Part shown: one piece after another, positions 22,400-34,894 of the stretch
Numbering within the stretch: the stretch's first letter is position 1
Layout of the letters: each line of letters begins with the position of its first letter
Assembly (NCBI GenBank): GCA_965202585.1
Contig: OZ241831.1
Coordinates: 13,392,001-13,456,000 of the forward strand
Reading direction: 5' to 3'
Origin: Thalia democratica
Taxonomy: Eukaryota
DNA: 64,000 nucleotides
Position numbers and translations under genes: made by a program
The notes under the pieces: generated by a model
Databases searched by the model: none
What the model was told of the DNA's origin: nothing
Seen by the model: only the letters and a program-made list of their open reading frames with translations

Positions 22400-24060
22400 T
22401 AGTGATGTACCGGACTCACTATCCGGGTCCGGCCGGATATTGCCATTTTTGTCTGATATCCGGATCCGGCCGGATTCTAATTTGAAAAAAAAGTCCGGAT
22501 CCGGTTCCGGCCGGATTCTAGTTTGTAAAAAAAGTCCGGATCAGGTTCCGGCCGGACTCTAATTTGAAAAAAAAAGTCCGGATCCGGGTCGGATCTAGTT
22601 AGTAAAAAAGAGAATACTGAAAAGTATTTTTTCAAAATAAACCCTGTGTAAATTAATGAGAGTCATTTTCTTCACTTGAAATTAAACACCTACCGTGATT
22701 GGCTCATTTTGTACACGTGACTAATTTACATTTGTTTACATTTAAACTATGAAATAAACAACTAAGAAATGCAACACTTTACATATGTTGTAAAATTGAA
22801 AACTTTTGAATGAATACTTGCATTATTTCTTGTTTAAAGTTGAGCTCAGAGAATATTTAGAGTTAATACTGTTGAATGTACAAGCCGATGAGAATCATAT
22901 AAATGTTTCAAACTAAATACTGATGCAAAAAACATCAGAACATGACAGGCAGTTTATATGTAAGCAGTTAGTTAGTTTGGTGTGCAGCTTGAAGCAACAA
23001 AATATCTTGAACTTTTTTGTGAATGCCTATTGTAAGTAGTGTTTTGTTTTAAAAGTGAATATTTCAACTGGTTTTTAATTGTTTAAATATCTAAGCCAGG
23101 TTTATAGTTTAATAGTTTATTAAAAACTTTACAGTTTCTTGTTTACTAAAAGTTTTATTTAATTTTTAGTTAACTGTTTTAAGTCTTTTGATATAGATTT
23201 AAGAAGCTTCCAGTTTTTAAAGTGTTACCAAAGTAATTTATAATTTTGTATATGCTAGTATTTCTTGTTGTGTTTTATATAAAAGATTCATCACTCAAAA
23301 CTGTCGTATCTGATTATAGAAAGTAGTCTCAGTTAGAATTTAGTATTTGTTAGATATTAATAAGGTAGGATTTAATTATGATGGGTAGTACTAATAAGTT
23401 AAGTGTACCACAATCAGTCCACAACTTTACTACCAAATTGTCAACCTTTGCTAGCTGTTCTACTGATTATTAGATTAAAGTAATTATTTCAGTTTCTAAA
23501 AATCTCATTCTGACTCAGGCTTGTTTATACTCACTCTAGCTAGTTTTATTGACTTAAACAGTGGCAACCCTGCTAGTTTGAAAACTTTTGGGAATTTTAG
23601 AAAAATTTGGACTGCCTCAGGCTAGTTTAGTTTTTTATAAAAACTCAGGATAGTTTTCTTTTAAATTTTGAATGAGTTTGAGCTGATCGAGTTTTCAATA
23701 TTTTGTTATTTTCTAGTGTATTTTCTTCAAGAACTTGATTTCAGATTTTTAATTGTAAATAACACCTAAATTTGTAAACCTTGTGGCTAGCTGTTTTACT
23801 TATTATTAGATTAAAGTTCTTTTTTTTTCAGTTTTTAAAAACCTCATTTTGACTCAGGCTAGTTTATACTAGTGATGTACCGGACTCATTATCCGGGTCC
23901 GGCCGGATATTGCCATTTTTGTCTGATATCCGGATCTGGCCGGATTCTAATTTGAAAAAAAGTCCGGACCCGGTTCCGGCCGGACTCTAATTTGAAAAAA
24001 AAGTCCGGTTCCGGCCGGATTCTAATTTGAAAAAAAAAGTCCGGATCCGGTACATCACTA
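22400..24060. mobile_element. composite Ac-type hAT element (1661 bp) containing a captured ~1.27-kb segment and a second internal left end at 23870
   Basis: 15-bp TIR TAGTGATGTACCGGA / TCCGGTACATCACTA, identical 8-bp TSD ATTAGAAC at 22392-22399 and 24061-24068 (nTnnnnAn), and CCGGATCCGGCCGG subterminal repeats at both ends. Confidence 0.85.
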
Positions 24061-24472
24061 ATTAGAACCTAGTTAAGGTAGCAAGCTCATATTAAAGGAT
24101 TTATAGGTATAAGAGCAAGGTTTGCACAGGGAAGGTAAAATAACAAAATCAGAAACAAAGTAGTTGTTTAATCAAACTATTAATCACATGTTCAAGTACC
24201 TCTTGAACAATTGGAGTAGGAGTAGGCTGAATAAGTAGGAAGTCTCCACCAAGAACCTCAATCTTGTCTTCATGCACTCAAGAAAGTCTACCATTGCTTT
24301 TTTACAACTTCTTTGACAGCTGTTTTGCACAAACTGATTATGTAAAGATCTCAGTAGTAAATGCTTATAAGAATAAGTTTTGTCAAATTTAAAAGACAAG
24401 ATAATACATCACCAGTATAACTATAAATTGCAGTCATAAAATTAAGTCATCATCTTTTATTTAAATACTTAA

Positions 24473-25094
24473 GGGCATAGGGCAGAGAGGGGGTAAATCA
24501 CCTTTTTCACAATTTAGTCTTATTTTATTAAGTTTTAACTAAGCTACAAGTTGCTTTTTACAAATTTTTAAAACTCAAAATAATTTTTGAGATATAGCTG
24601 GTCAAAGTCAAAGACTACAATAGGTTTCTTATGGGAGGTGCAAACTAAAACAGTGAATATCTAGAAATCACTAAAAATCTATCTTTTCCTACCTTTTTCG
24701 AGATAACTACTTCAAACTCTCAGGATATGTTCCTTGCAATATTTAAAAAATCCTGTCAGAACAGAATAAAATAAAATAAAGATTTTAAATTTTTTTATTA
24801 TTTTTTCAAGTTTTTAAAAAATTACTTCGGACAGATTTTTTTAAATATTGCAAATAACATTTCCTGAAAGTTGGAAGTAATTATCTCTAGAAACATGGAA
24901 GAAAATATATTTTTAGTGAAATAGTATTTTTTGCTGTTTTAGTTTGCGCCTCCCATAACTAACCTATTGTTGCCTCTGACTTTGATCTTAAAAACTGTTT
25001 TAAATTTTTTAAATCAGTAAAAATCATCTTTTAGATTAGTCTCTATAAAATAAGATCAAATTGTAAAAAAAGTGATTTACCCACCCGCATGCCC
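24473..25094. mobile_element. TTAA-flanked fold-back MITE (Kolobok-like RR termini)
   Basis: TTAA|GGGCAT ... ATGCCC|TTAA, with the halves forming a long imperfect palindrome. A relative lies at 48372-49013. Confidence 0.8.
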
Positions 25095-25724
25095 TTAATA
25101 TATTGGCTTATATGGGGTTGTTTAACTTTAAAAGCTTCCTGTTTTTCTGTGAAGAATAGATTCTGACTATAAATTGATCATGTGAAAGCACCTTAGTAAC
25201 TATTTATTTTATACCTCATTTTTTCAGATGATTGCCACTCTGGTTTTGTTATGGAATAAGCGGTTTTTGAAAGGTTCCCTAACTTTTTGCAGTTTGACAT
25301 AATTTGAAACTCTATTGATCAGACCAAAATTAGTTATTAATCTTATAAAGTATAAACAATTAATATTTACAAAACCTTTTATTAACAATGAACTATTAAG
25401 TTTAATCATAACTTTCAGATATAAAACTAGTTTGATGCCTGCAGCTTCCAAACAGTACATAGTTTCCATAAAAATTGTATCTTGTTTTATATACTTGAAC
25501 TTTTAAGTTTAAAAGTTTATTTTATAGTATATTTAAACTGTTAGATATGTAAGAGTTATTCTAATATAAGATTTAAAAAATTTTCAAAGTATTGTTAAAT
25601 TTGATGTTAATAAAATTGATTTGGGTTTCTTTTAAGCTGAAAGAAATTCTTGTACATACTAGTTTTACTCAAAGCTGTGAAATATAAACTTCTATTTATT
25701 TTCAGAAACTTATTTGTTTATTTA

Positions 25725-28700
25725 ATGATGTCATTGCTGCAAAAAGAACTATTAAGGAAGTTTTTGCATTCATTTTCTCCTATTTATAGGTTCAAGTCAT
25801 CACAAAAGTTACCAGCAGAAAGACAACAACAGCATGCTGTTAAGCTAACAAAAAAGCAAATAGATGATAAAGAATTTAACAAACCAAATAATGAAATCAA
25901 CTGGCAAAGAATAAAGGAAAGTTATAAGTCATACATTATGGGAGGAGAATCTAGTTTTTTCGATCTGAAGAAGAATAGAAATTGGAACAGGTTTTTTACC
26001 AAGTTTATACATAAAATCTTGTATTTAGTTTTATTTTTTGTAAAAGTTTTTAGCAACTTATTGATTTAAAAGGTTTTATTATTGTACCTTGTTTGCATGG
26101 TTGCCATCTAATCATCCAATTTTATTTTTTTATTTAAAAACGGTTAATAAAGTACTAAATGTATGTTTCTTTATGAAATTGCGATTAGTTTTTTATCTCA
26201 TTTGTCTACTTTTTTGACTAATATGTTTGTTTTTATTTGTGGTATATTTTTTCTAATGATATTAATATTTTACATAATAAGTAGAATTTCGATAGTTTAT
26301 GTAATTTAAAGTTTAGTTTAAAATCTTAAAGTTGTTTTGACTTTTTCAGAAAATATTTTTTTTCTTATTTTTACTTGTATTACAAATTTTATTATTACTT
26401 CCTGTTTCTTATTAGTATACTGTAAGAAACAGTCTTAAAAAATAATGGCATTTTTGTTTTATACTTTGTTTTATCCATTATTTTTAATATTAATAACAAA
26501 ACATGTTATACTTTTTTTTCGTATTAAGCTTATTTATATTATTTTTATCAATTGTTGTTTAAGAGTTACTTTAATGATGTTATTCTATTGTTACTTTAAA
26601 CTTTTTTTTGTAGTTTTGTACAGATTAATATGTCACTTACTACCAAAGAAGTTATAGCATATTAAAACTGATTGAAAAAATAAGGGCTCATTTTTAAACT
26701 TTTTTATGTTCAGACCTTTTTGGTTTCAAACGGAACCTATGTATTTATTTAGCCCCTAGAGTTCTTAAAATTAAGCTCTAAGAAAGTTTAACCGCGAACT
26801 CCTAAAATATTTTTAGAAATTTATGCAATATAAATTACTTTTTTCTTATTAATAAATACAAAAAACAGTGAAATTAAAATAGTTATAAAATGTAATTCTA
26901 AGATAGATTTTTTTATTTATTAACAGGATTGCCACACTCTCTGGATACTGAGTAGAGTTAGGATAAATTGAGATGTTTTGAATATTTTCAAAATCTCAGG
27001 ATGACTCAAGATAACTAAGGTTATAGGATAATAAGATATTATGATTTTTATTTAAGACAGGCTGACTCAGGATATTTTTGTTTTTTAATAAAAAACTCAT
27101 GACAGATTTTTCTAGATTTAAAATTGGGTTTAAATGATCCAGTTTCAATATTTTGTTATTTTGTATAATTATATTTAATTACACATTAAATGCAGAATCA
27201 TATTTGTATTGTTTAGAAAGTCCTCATAGTGTATTAGTAGTTTGCACCTAAGGCAATTTTTTTTTTAATAAGTTAGAAAATCTCAGAATAGTATACAATA
27301 AATAAATGTCACTCCGTATAGTTTTCTTTTGACTTAAAGAGTAGTAACTTTTGTTAGAGTTGATTAAAAACTATGAAAAAACTTTATGTATGCGTGATAA
27401 TTACAATTTTTAGTGATTTTAATCTAAAGTCTTTAATGTTGGACTTATGTGATAAACTTTTTTTTTTGACTTTGTTAAAAGTTGCGCTTACAATTTATAA
27501 AAAAATGTTGTTTGTTTATTTTAATTAAATGGGTTAGTTATAAATGTTAAAGTTTTATTGCTAGTTTTTTATAATGACTCAAAACAGTAATATAAACGAG
27601 TTGAGTGTTGATCAAAAACCAAGAGATCTTTATCCACACCAGGTCCGTTGAACATTGAGCTTACACTTTGCAAAACTGCTAGTACTAAATAAACTACATA
27701 AATAAATTAGTTTGTTTGATGTATTATATCAACTAATTAAAAATCTTAAACTTAAGCCTAAGTTATAAATTGAAGAAATACTCCTTGTGTTTAAATACTT
27801 TATTAACAATGAAAAATCTGAAACAATTATAAGTAAAAATATAAACACACATATGCAATATGAACACTGATATATAATAAAATGAGCTATAGGTGAATTA
27901 TGCTTCATAAATGCTTTATTTTTGTCTTTTGGTTTAAAAAAATCTAAATCTTCTTATACTTTTTACAGGCTACTGAAAAAAGATGAAGTTTTGTTCTACT
28001 TTAGAAACGTTGACGATTTAGCTTATTGGTATGTTAACACAGATGAAGATGAGCAGGTTTGTTACTTCTTGAATAAATTAATTTTTCAACATATTCAATT
28101 TCAATGTTGTATTTTTTATTAAAAACTTTCATTTAAGTTTAACAATTATTGTTTTTAAAAATTTAGTCTGTATGGCATTTTAATAGGTCAAACACTGATA
28201 AGTTTTATTCACAGTTTCTTATCTTAATATATTTTTTAATTTTTTCAACATGATTTAAATAAGATGATTGTCATTTAATCCTTAATTATTAAAATAACCT
28301 AGTTTTATACGAAATAATTTTTGTTGTACTTTTAAATAAGTAAGTAATAATTTTATACACTGGTGTTAATACCTTTTATCAAACATCAATTTATCGTTCA
28401 CTAAAACCCTACAGGGATTCAGCTGGGCGGAGCTGAGGCCGAGCAAGAACGATCAGACGGCGCTGTTCCGCGGGTACATCAGCAACAAGATTCCCCGCTA
28501 CATGCTCCCCAGCTCCGATCCGCTCGCCAAGGAGACGCTGTGGAGCGGGTACGCGTACATGGAGACCAAACCTTTCAGGGTTCGTTGTTGATGCGTATAA
28601 AGTGAACGATGAAAGAGTTAGATACAAAATAAGCACATAAGCATTTTGTTCCACAGATAAACTTAGATAACAAAGACGGGTTTAAGTAAATTTATTTGCT

Positions 28701-31700
28701 TTAATAACTTGATAATTTCCTTTAAATTGTAGTAAGTTAGACATTTTTAGAGGGATTTTATGAAAAAATTGTTTCCATCTCATTTTTAGAACTATATTGG
28801 TTTAAAAAATCATAGATAATTTTAAAACTCTAACCATGAGTTCGATTAGTTTTAAGTTTTATATGTGGTAAAAATATATCATCAATGTTTTGTATATTAG
28901 TTATGTTATAGTTACTAATCTAAATCTACACGTGGATTATGAAATCATATTGTAAAATAAATATTCTTTCTCACAAAAATTGGTTTAAGAAATCAAAAGA
29001 GTATATTAAATTTGTATGATTTTATTACATGGTTGGTAAATTTTATTTTTCTAAAAGCATTTTCTTACTTGTAATGTATCAATATTTACCTGACTTTACG
29101 CAGTTTAACTGAGTTAAGATTATATTTCTTTTCTTTGTTTTTTTCTGTGTTTGACGCTGCCCCCTTTTAAGTAAATGAATTCTTTTTATCATCTTTATTG
29201 AACTAATTGACAGCTTTTTCATTCTTCTGCCTCTGTAGCAATTATAGTTTTATGGATTAAAAACATTTGATCAAGTATTCTACTTATGTAAATAATCAGA
29301 TTTTCTAATTTGATTTTAAAAGTTGTTGAGTCGAGGCGTATTTTTTTCCAGTGTGGTTTTGTATTCAATGTTCATAAATAAAATTAAGACCATAGTAATT
29401 AAACTTTATCGCAAGAGCCAAACAATTAAATATGTTAAATACTAACAAAATTTAATGCACAAAATCTGAGTTGTTTCAACAGTTGTTTGTTAGAATATAA
29501 TTTGCTTAGTTATATTGTACAGTAAGCCAAAAGAAAAGTGTGTCTTGTATTTTCTAAAGTATTATAAAGTTTTTTTTCCTAAAACTTTTTTCTGACAGTA
29601 TTATACATTTGGTAAAACAGTCTTACATTCTTAGTGATAATAATTAGAAATAAAGAAATGTACGTTATATTTTTGGATAAAATGAGTATAGCATGTGTTT
29701 TTATAATCAAATAAAGATTACGTTTAAAAAAAATAAATACTCTTTTTAGCATATACGCACTATTGAATTTATTTATACCTGTTACATGAAGTACTTCAAA
29801 AAAAGATTTCATTGAACTTAGAAAGTCTTTAAATTGACCAATTTTTAGTTTTAAAGTTAACAGTTTAAGTATTAAAGATATGTTTCTCAATCTATGTAAC
29901 TTTCTATGTAAAAATACTGTTTTGTTGACAGTAATAATTTATTTAAAAACAAAAGTTTAAGAATATATATTTAAAAATATAATGTTTGACAAAACAAAGT
30001 ACGTCTGTTAAGGAAGATAATTTAAGTTATTTCCTTGTAAGTATCTATATGTTAGTATAAATTTTGTTTAGAAACTTACTTTTGAACTTTATTAAAAGAA
30101 GCTTTTTATTATATAAACGAGTATTTCTTTTTAAATTTGAAACCAAATATTACAACAGACAGTCTTCGACAAGGAGTCGTTCATCAACTTGGAGCATTTC
30201 AACGCGTTCAAACTGCGCATAAGAGGCGACGGGCGCATGTACAAGATGGGGCTGCTCAATTGTTTCGGCATGCTGGACCAGAGCATGTTCTGGTGTCCCA
30301 TATACACCAACGGTGGTCCCGAATGGCAGGAAGTCACAGTAAGCTGGTTTTGTGTAAATTTCCTTTTGCAGCGTGGTAATTGTACTTGTTAGGTCCATAT
30401 TTTTGTTAACGTTTTTGGTTGTTTTACACTATTTAAGCTTTTTGTTTTACTTCTATGCCTTAATTGTTATACATAACTGGTGTTAAGTTATATTAAGATA
30501 ATTTATAATAAGCTTTTTAGATTAAATTAAAGTTCAATTTTGCTTTTAGTTTCATGAAATTTTACAAATAAAATCTAAATGTTTAATACTGTAAGCATTT
30601 TTAATTCTCATGATATTGGTATACCTAAAGAATATGTTTCAAAAATTTTTAAAGTTAACTAATTGTGTTTATTCAAATTGGCATGTGTTATACAAAATAC
30701 TAACTGATTATAATATTTTATTTGAATACTTGTATATTTTAAAATAACTAATACTAGTGACCATAGTTTATTATTATTAAGAGAATTTAAAATATATTTC
30801 TTAAATGTAAACTTTTAAATGCAGACTGTTTTCTCAGATTATAGTAAATACACTTGGACAACGTTTCAATTTCTATATATTTTTAACATTTAGGTTTTAA
30901 AGTTAGTTTTTTGCTAAACACTTACGATGAATTGTTTATTCCAGATACCATTTTCAAAGTTTTATCAGACTAAGAAAGGACAAAAAACAAAAAGGCAACC
31001 ACTAATGGAAAAACAACGAGTTAGTTCCGTTACTTTATAAATTTATTTTTAATTCAATAATTATCATTACATTTTTAGTAAGTAGAAGTCGTTGTTATTT
31101 TTAGATATTTCGTATTGCAGTAATTTTTTGTTGATTAGAAAATACTTTACCCAATATCTAGCGTTTTTCTTTGTCATAACTTATTTTAAACTTTTACTAC
31201 GTAAATTTATATTTTTGAAAGTTTAAAAACTTTGTTTTTTTAGATTAAAAAGATGTTAAAGGAGTTAAATAAAATTTATTACTAATCATAATTTGACACT
31301 TTTTTGCAAATAAAATGTTTTCAGGTGTTTTTATAAAATTTTAATACTTATAATTCATGAAAAAATTACTTAAATAAGTTGGTATAAAATTGCTGAAAAA
31401 GTAAATCGTTTTGAAAATTAATTAGGTTAAATACCGGTGGTTTTTTGTATTTAGTGAGTAACTTTGAAAATTTTTAACTAAAAACGAAAACTTCAAATAC
31501 ACTTTTACGTATTTTGGTATTAAAGATCTAGCTATCAAAATAAAAGCAATTCTTTTTTGTAAACTAACCAATGTTTAAACATTTATTTTGTTATGTCCAA
31601 TTCTTAGTACTTATATTTTAAATAATTTTCAAAGACTATTCTAAGAACTATCTAAAAAAAATTTAAATGTATATTTTTGATAAATTTGAAATAATAATCT

Positions 31701-32890
31701 TATTTTTATATTTTAAATTAAAATATGGTTTTTATAAATTTAACTTTTGTTGAATTCACATACTTTTAGCTTTCTCTTTTTGTTACTACTTATAAAACAG
31801 TAATTTCAATCTAATTTCAAGTGCAACCTCATACTGAATTTTAAAACCTTGTTGCAATATTTTGATACTGAGTTTTCTTTGATAGTTAAGTCAAAGAATT
31901 GAGATCTACTTTTTTTTTATAACTTTTGAAAACATTTTGCCTGCGGGTTGATACGAAGTTTTTTTCTTTTTTATTTATACTAGATTTAATACCAGAAATT
32001 ATCATTGTTTGTAGAACATGTAAAATAGTTATTGATATTTTTAGTTATTATGAATATTTTATTATGTTCTAGATTTAAAAAAGTTATAATTTTTTATATT
32101 TATAAAGCCAAATAATTCGTTCAAACCTAAAATTGTGGAACTACTGTTGTTTTGCAAGTCATTTAGCCGTTTAGAAATTTTTTATTCAAACTTTTCTTTT
32201 GCTTTTCGAACTGTTATTTAAACTACCTTCTACATGTTTCTAGTTAGTTTTATTAACTTCAAATAAATGGAATATGTTACAAAACTTTTACAAACAGTTA
32301 AAATGTTTTTATTATGATAAAATCCTCATTATTTATATGTTGACTACTTTAGATAAAGCATCCTAAAATGTTCTTTGAATTCTATAAGTGTTATTGATTT
32401 CGTTAGAGTTATACTTTAACAGTTTGACAAAAAATAAAACTTTTGATACTAATGTTCGAAACGAATAAAACATTGAACTTTTATAAATTGACTTAAAATT
32501 CATCTGAAAACAGTTAAAAATTAAATTTTTGTCTTTATATTCAAACTTTGAAGCTTAACTAAAATGTTGAATTACACAATTTAATAGTTTAAAGTTTAAG
32601 TTTGTTTGTGCATCTATATAATCAAGCTAAAAAAGTTACCGTTCAAGATATGATTCTGCGAGTTTCAAAAAATGAACCAACTTGTTTTTTGTTAATTTCT
32701 GAGCCGATATTAAAACAAGTAAATAAAACTTCAACAGATACAGAGCATTCAGTTTCACCTGAGAGACAACATCGAAGGACCTTTCCAGCTAGAAGTTGAT
32801 TACATCGTGCTGACGAGAGATGAGCTGTACAGGAACCACCACAACGAAAACCACAATCCGTGGCTGGGCACCGATCTCATGTCCGGATAA
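25725..32890 (+). CDS. NDUFAF1: complex I intermediate-associated protein 30 (CIA30), mitochondrial complex I assembly factor, about 308 aa
   Basis: Exons 25725-25990, 27969-28056, 28415-28579, 30159-30338, 30945-31019 and 32738-32890, with consistent phases (927 nt). Basic presequence-like N-terminus and CIA30 motifs: F.F...DL..W...D, SGYA, FN.FKLRIRGDGR.Y, TNGGPEWQEVTIPFSKF, DNIEGPFQLEVDYI. Confidence 0.93.
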
Positions 32891-33638
32891 TCGAGCGAAA
32901 GCCGCATGTTCGGATGATGGAGAATTTTCGAGGGCAGTGAGTTGAAAAAGATTTCAGGCAAATTTAAATGTAGGAAAATGTTTATTTTTTATGCGTTATT
33001 TATTTTTATGATCTTTATGCAATTTTTTTTTTACTTATTTTTCGTTTTTGTTGCAAACCCTATTGTAACTTTAAAAAAGAAACTTAAAGTTTTATGATTT
33101 ATCAATTTAAAAATGTGTTCCTAAGTCTAATTAAAACAATTTAAACTTAGCTATCTTATAGAAAATAAAATTGACCTAATACCTATCTGGTTTGAATTTT
33201 TGAAACTAAACTCAAGATCGTAATTGAAAAAAAGTATATCAACTTTTATTTTTAAGAATAGTGGTCAGAAAATGTTCAAAAACTGTGTGCTCAGTAAACT
33301 TCTAATTAAAAACACGCACACAGTAAATTAGACACTATTTCACTACTAAAACTAGTCTCATTACGGTTAATTGTATTACTTTTTCGTAAATAGTATACTA
33401 AAATGAAATAAAAGCTATAAAAAATTATTTTGAAGTCAAATTGCGTAATAAAACGCACTTATTTATTACAGTTTGTACTACTTCTTTAAGTTTTTGTGGA
33501 CATAAAAATAACTTTTATTTTCTTACGTCTACACTTTTAAAAATACTGGTTGAAACAATAAATATTTTTATAATTAAACGGCGGCCTTCTCGGTTTTGCT
33601 TGTGTTCAAAGAAGATAGCTATTATTAAAAACAAAATA

Positions 33639-34706
33639 CAGTCACCTTTCGCGAATCTACGCACAGCACATTGTATCCACAAGTGTCAAATAAACGTATG
33701 TGAACGAGAGGTAGCAAATATACATACTGTATCAGTTTTAACACACAATAGTTCTCTCCCAAAGCTTTAGCTGGTGCTGAAGAGCACTACAAAATAAATG
33801 AATAAAACGTGCGAAATTTATCAACTTTTGCTGTGCAAAGCATGTGCTACAGAAGAAAAATTCAGGCAGAAAAAACGTCAAATGACAATTTTTGTTTACT
33901 AAGAGAAACAAATAATATTTGTGTGATGTGTACGCATGTTTATATTTGATATCATTGCCACATTTTCCTGGAAAATTTCTTGTGAGCTGTTTTGTCGATA
34001 ATTATTTTTTGTGTGCGATTATTCATAACTGTTAGTCAAATTGATAGTCAATCATGTTTCTTTAAGAATTCTAATTAAAACTTTTGTTGTTTATTAAAAT
34101 TTGTGTATCACTGAGACACAATTAAATGTTTATCCAACCGTCAAGGAACATAAATTTACAAAGTCTAAACAGCGTTTTCAAAAGTCGGCCAAGGGGCCCC
34201 CTTGGCGGCCATGAGCAGTAAAGGGGCCACAGGGGGGTCATGAGGTCATAATTTGAAACTTACACTAGATATTCTAGAGTTGATGATGAAGAGCAAAAAA
34301 AAAGGTTTTAGGTGTTTCTAATGGTAGTTTTGAAATTTGTACTAGATATTATGGAAAAAAATAGGAAATATAAGGGGCCATAAGGCCATAATTTGAAACT
34401 TACACTAGATAATCTGGAGTTGGTGATGAAGGGCAAAAAAATATATTTGGCGTTTTCAATGCTAATTTTTTGAGTAATGTTGTTAAAGGGGACCTTATGA
34501 AAAAAGTTTAGGAAACCCTGGCCTAAATAAATATAGAGGTGAATTAAGCATTTAAAATTATATATAAAAATTGAATATATAGTGCATACAATAAATTTAA
34601 AATATTGAATACTTTTCAAATTACTATTATTATTTTTTTAGAATTCTAAAACGTATAACTAATTGAAAGTGCTTAAACTAAGTCGTAGATTCGCGAGAGG
34701 TGACTG
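33639..34706. mobile_element. TA-flanked (Tc1/mariner-like) non-autonomous element carrying a nested hAT MITE
   Basis: 23-bp TIR CAGTCACCT(T/C)TCGCGAATCTACG with TA on both sides. Another left end lies at 11542. Confidence 0.8.
34170..34520. mobile_element. hAT MITE (6852 family), nested
   Basis: Degenerate left TIR CAGCGTTTTCAAAAGT, right TIR GGAAACCCTG, and the shared internal ACTAGATATTCTTGAGTTG motif. Confidence 0.8.
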
Positions 34707-34894
34707 TAAATATAAGAGAATTTTAATATATCTATATATGTATTTTTGTTTTAAGTTTCAAAACTATTTGCATGCTTATCAAAGATAAAATTGTTTGAAG
34801 CTTTAAATCGCACTACTAGTAAATGACTATAATGCCAGTAGTTTATTTTCTAATACCAAAGACATTTATAAGCTTAATGTGATTTGTGTTTTAG

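Noticed and set aside
24184-24399. 71-aa minus-strand ORF and an overlapping protein-like frame
   Set aside because: No recognisable domain, no supporting splice partners, and stops in the better-looking frame.
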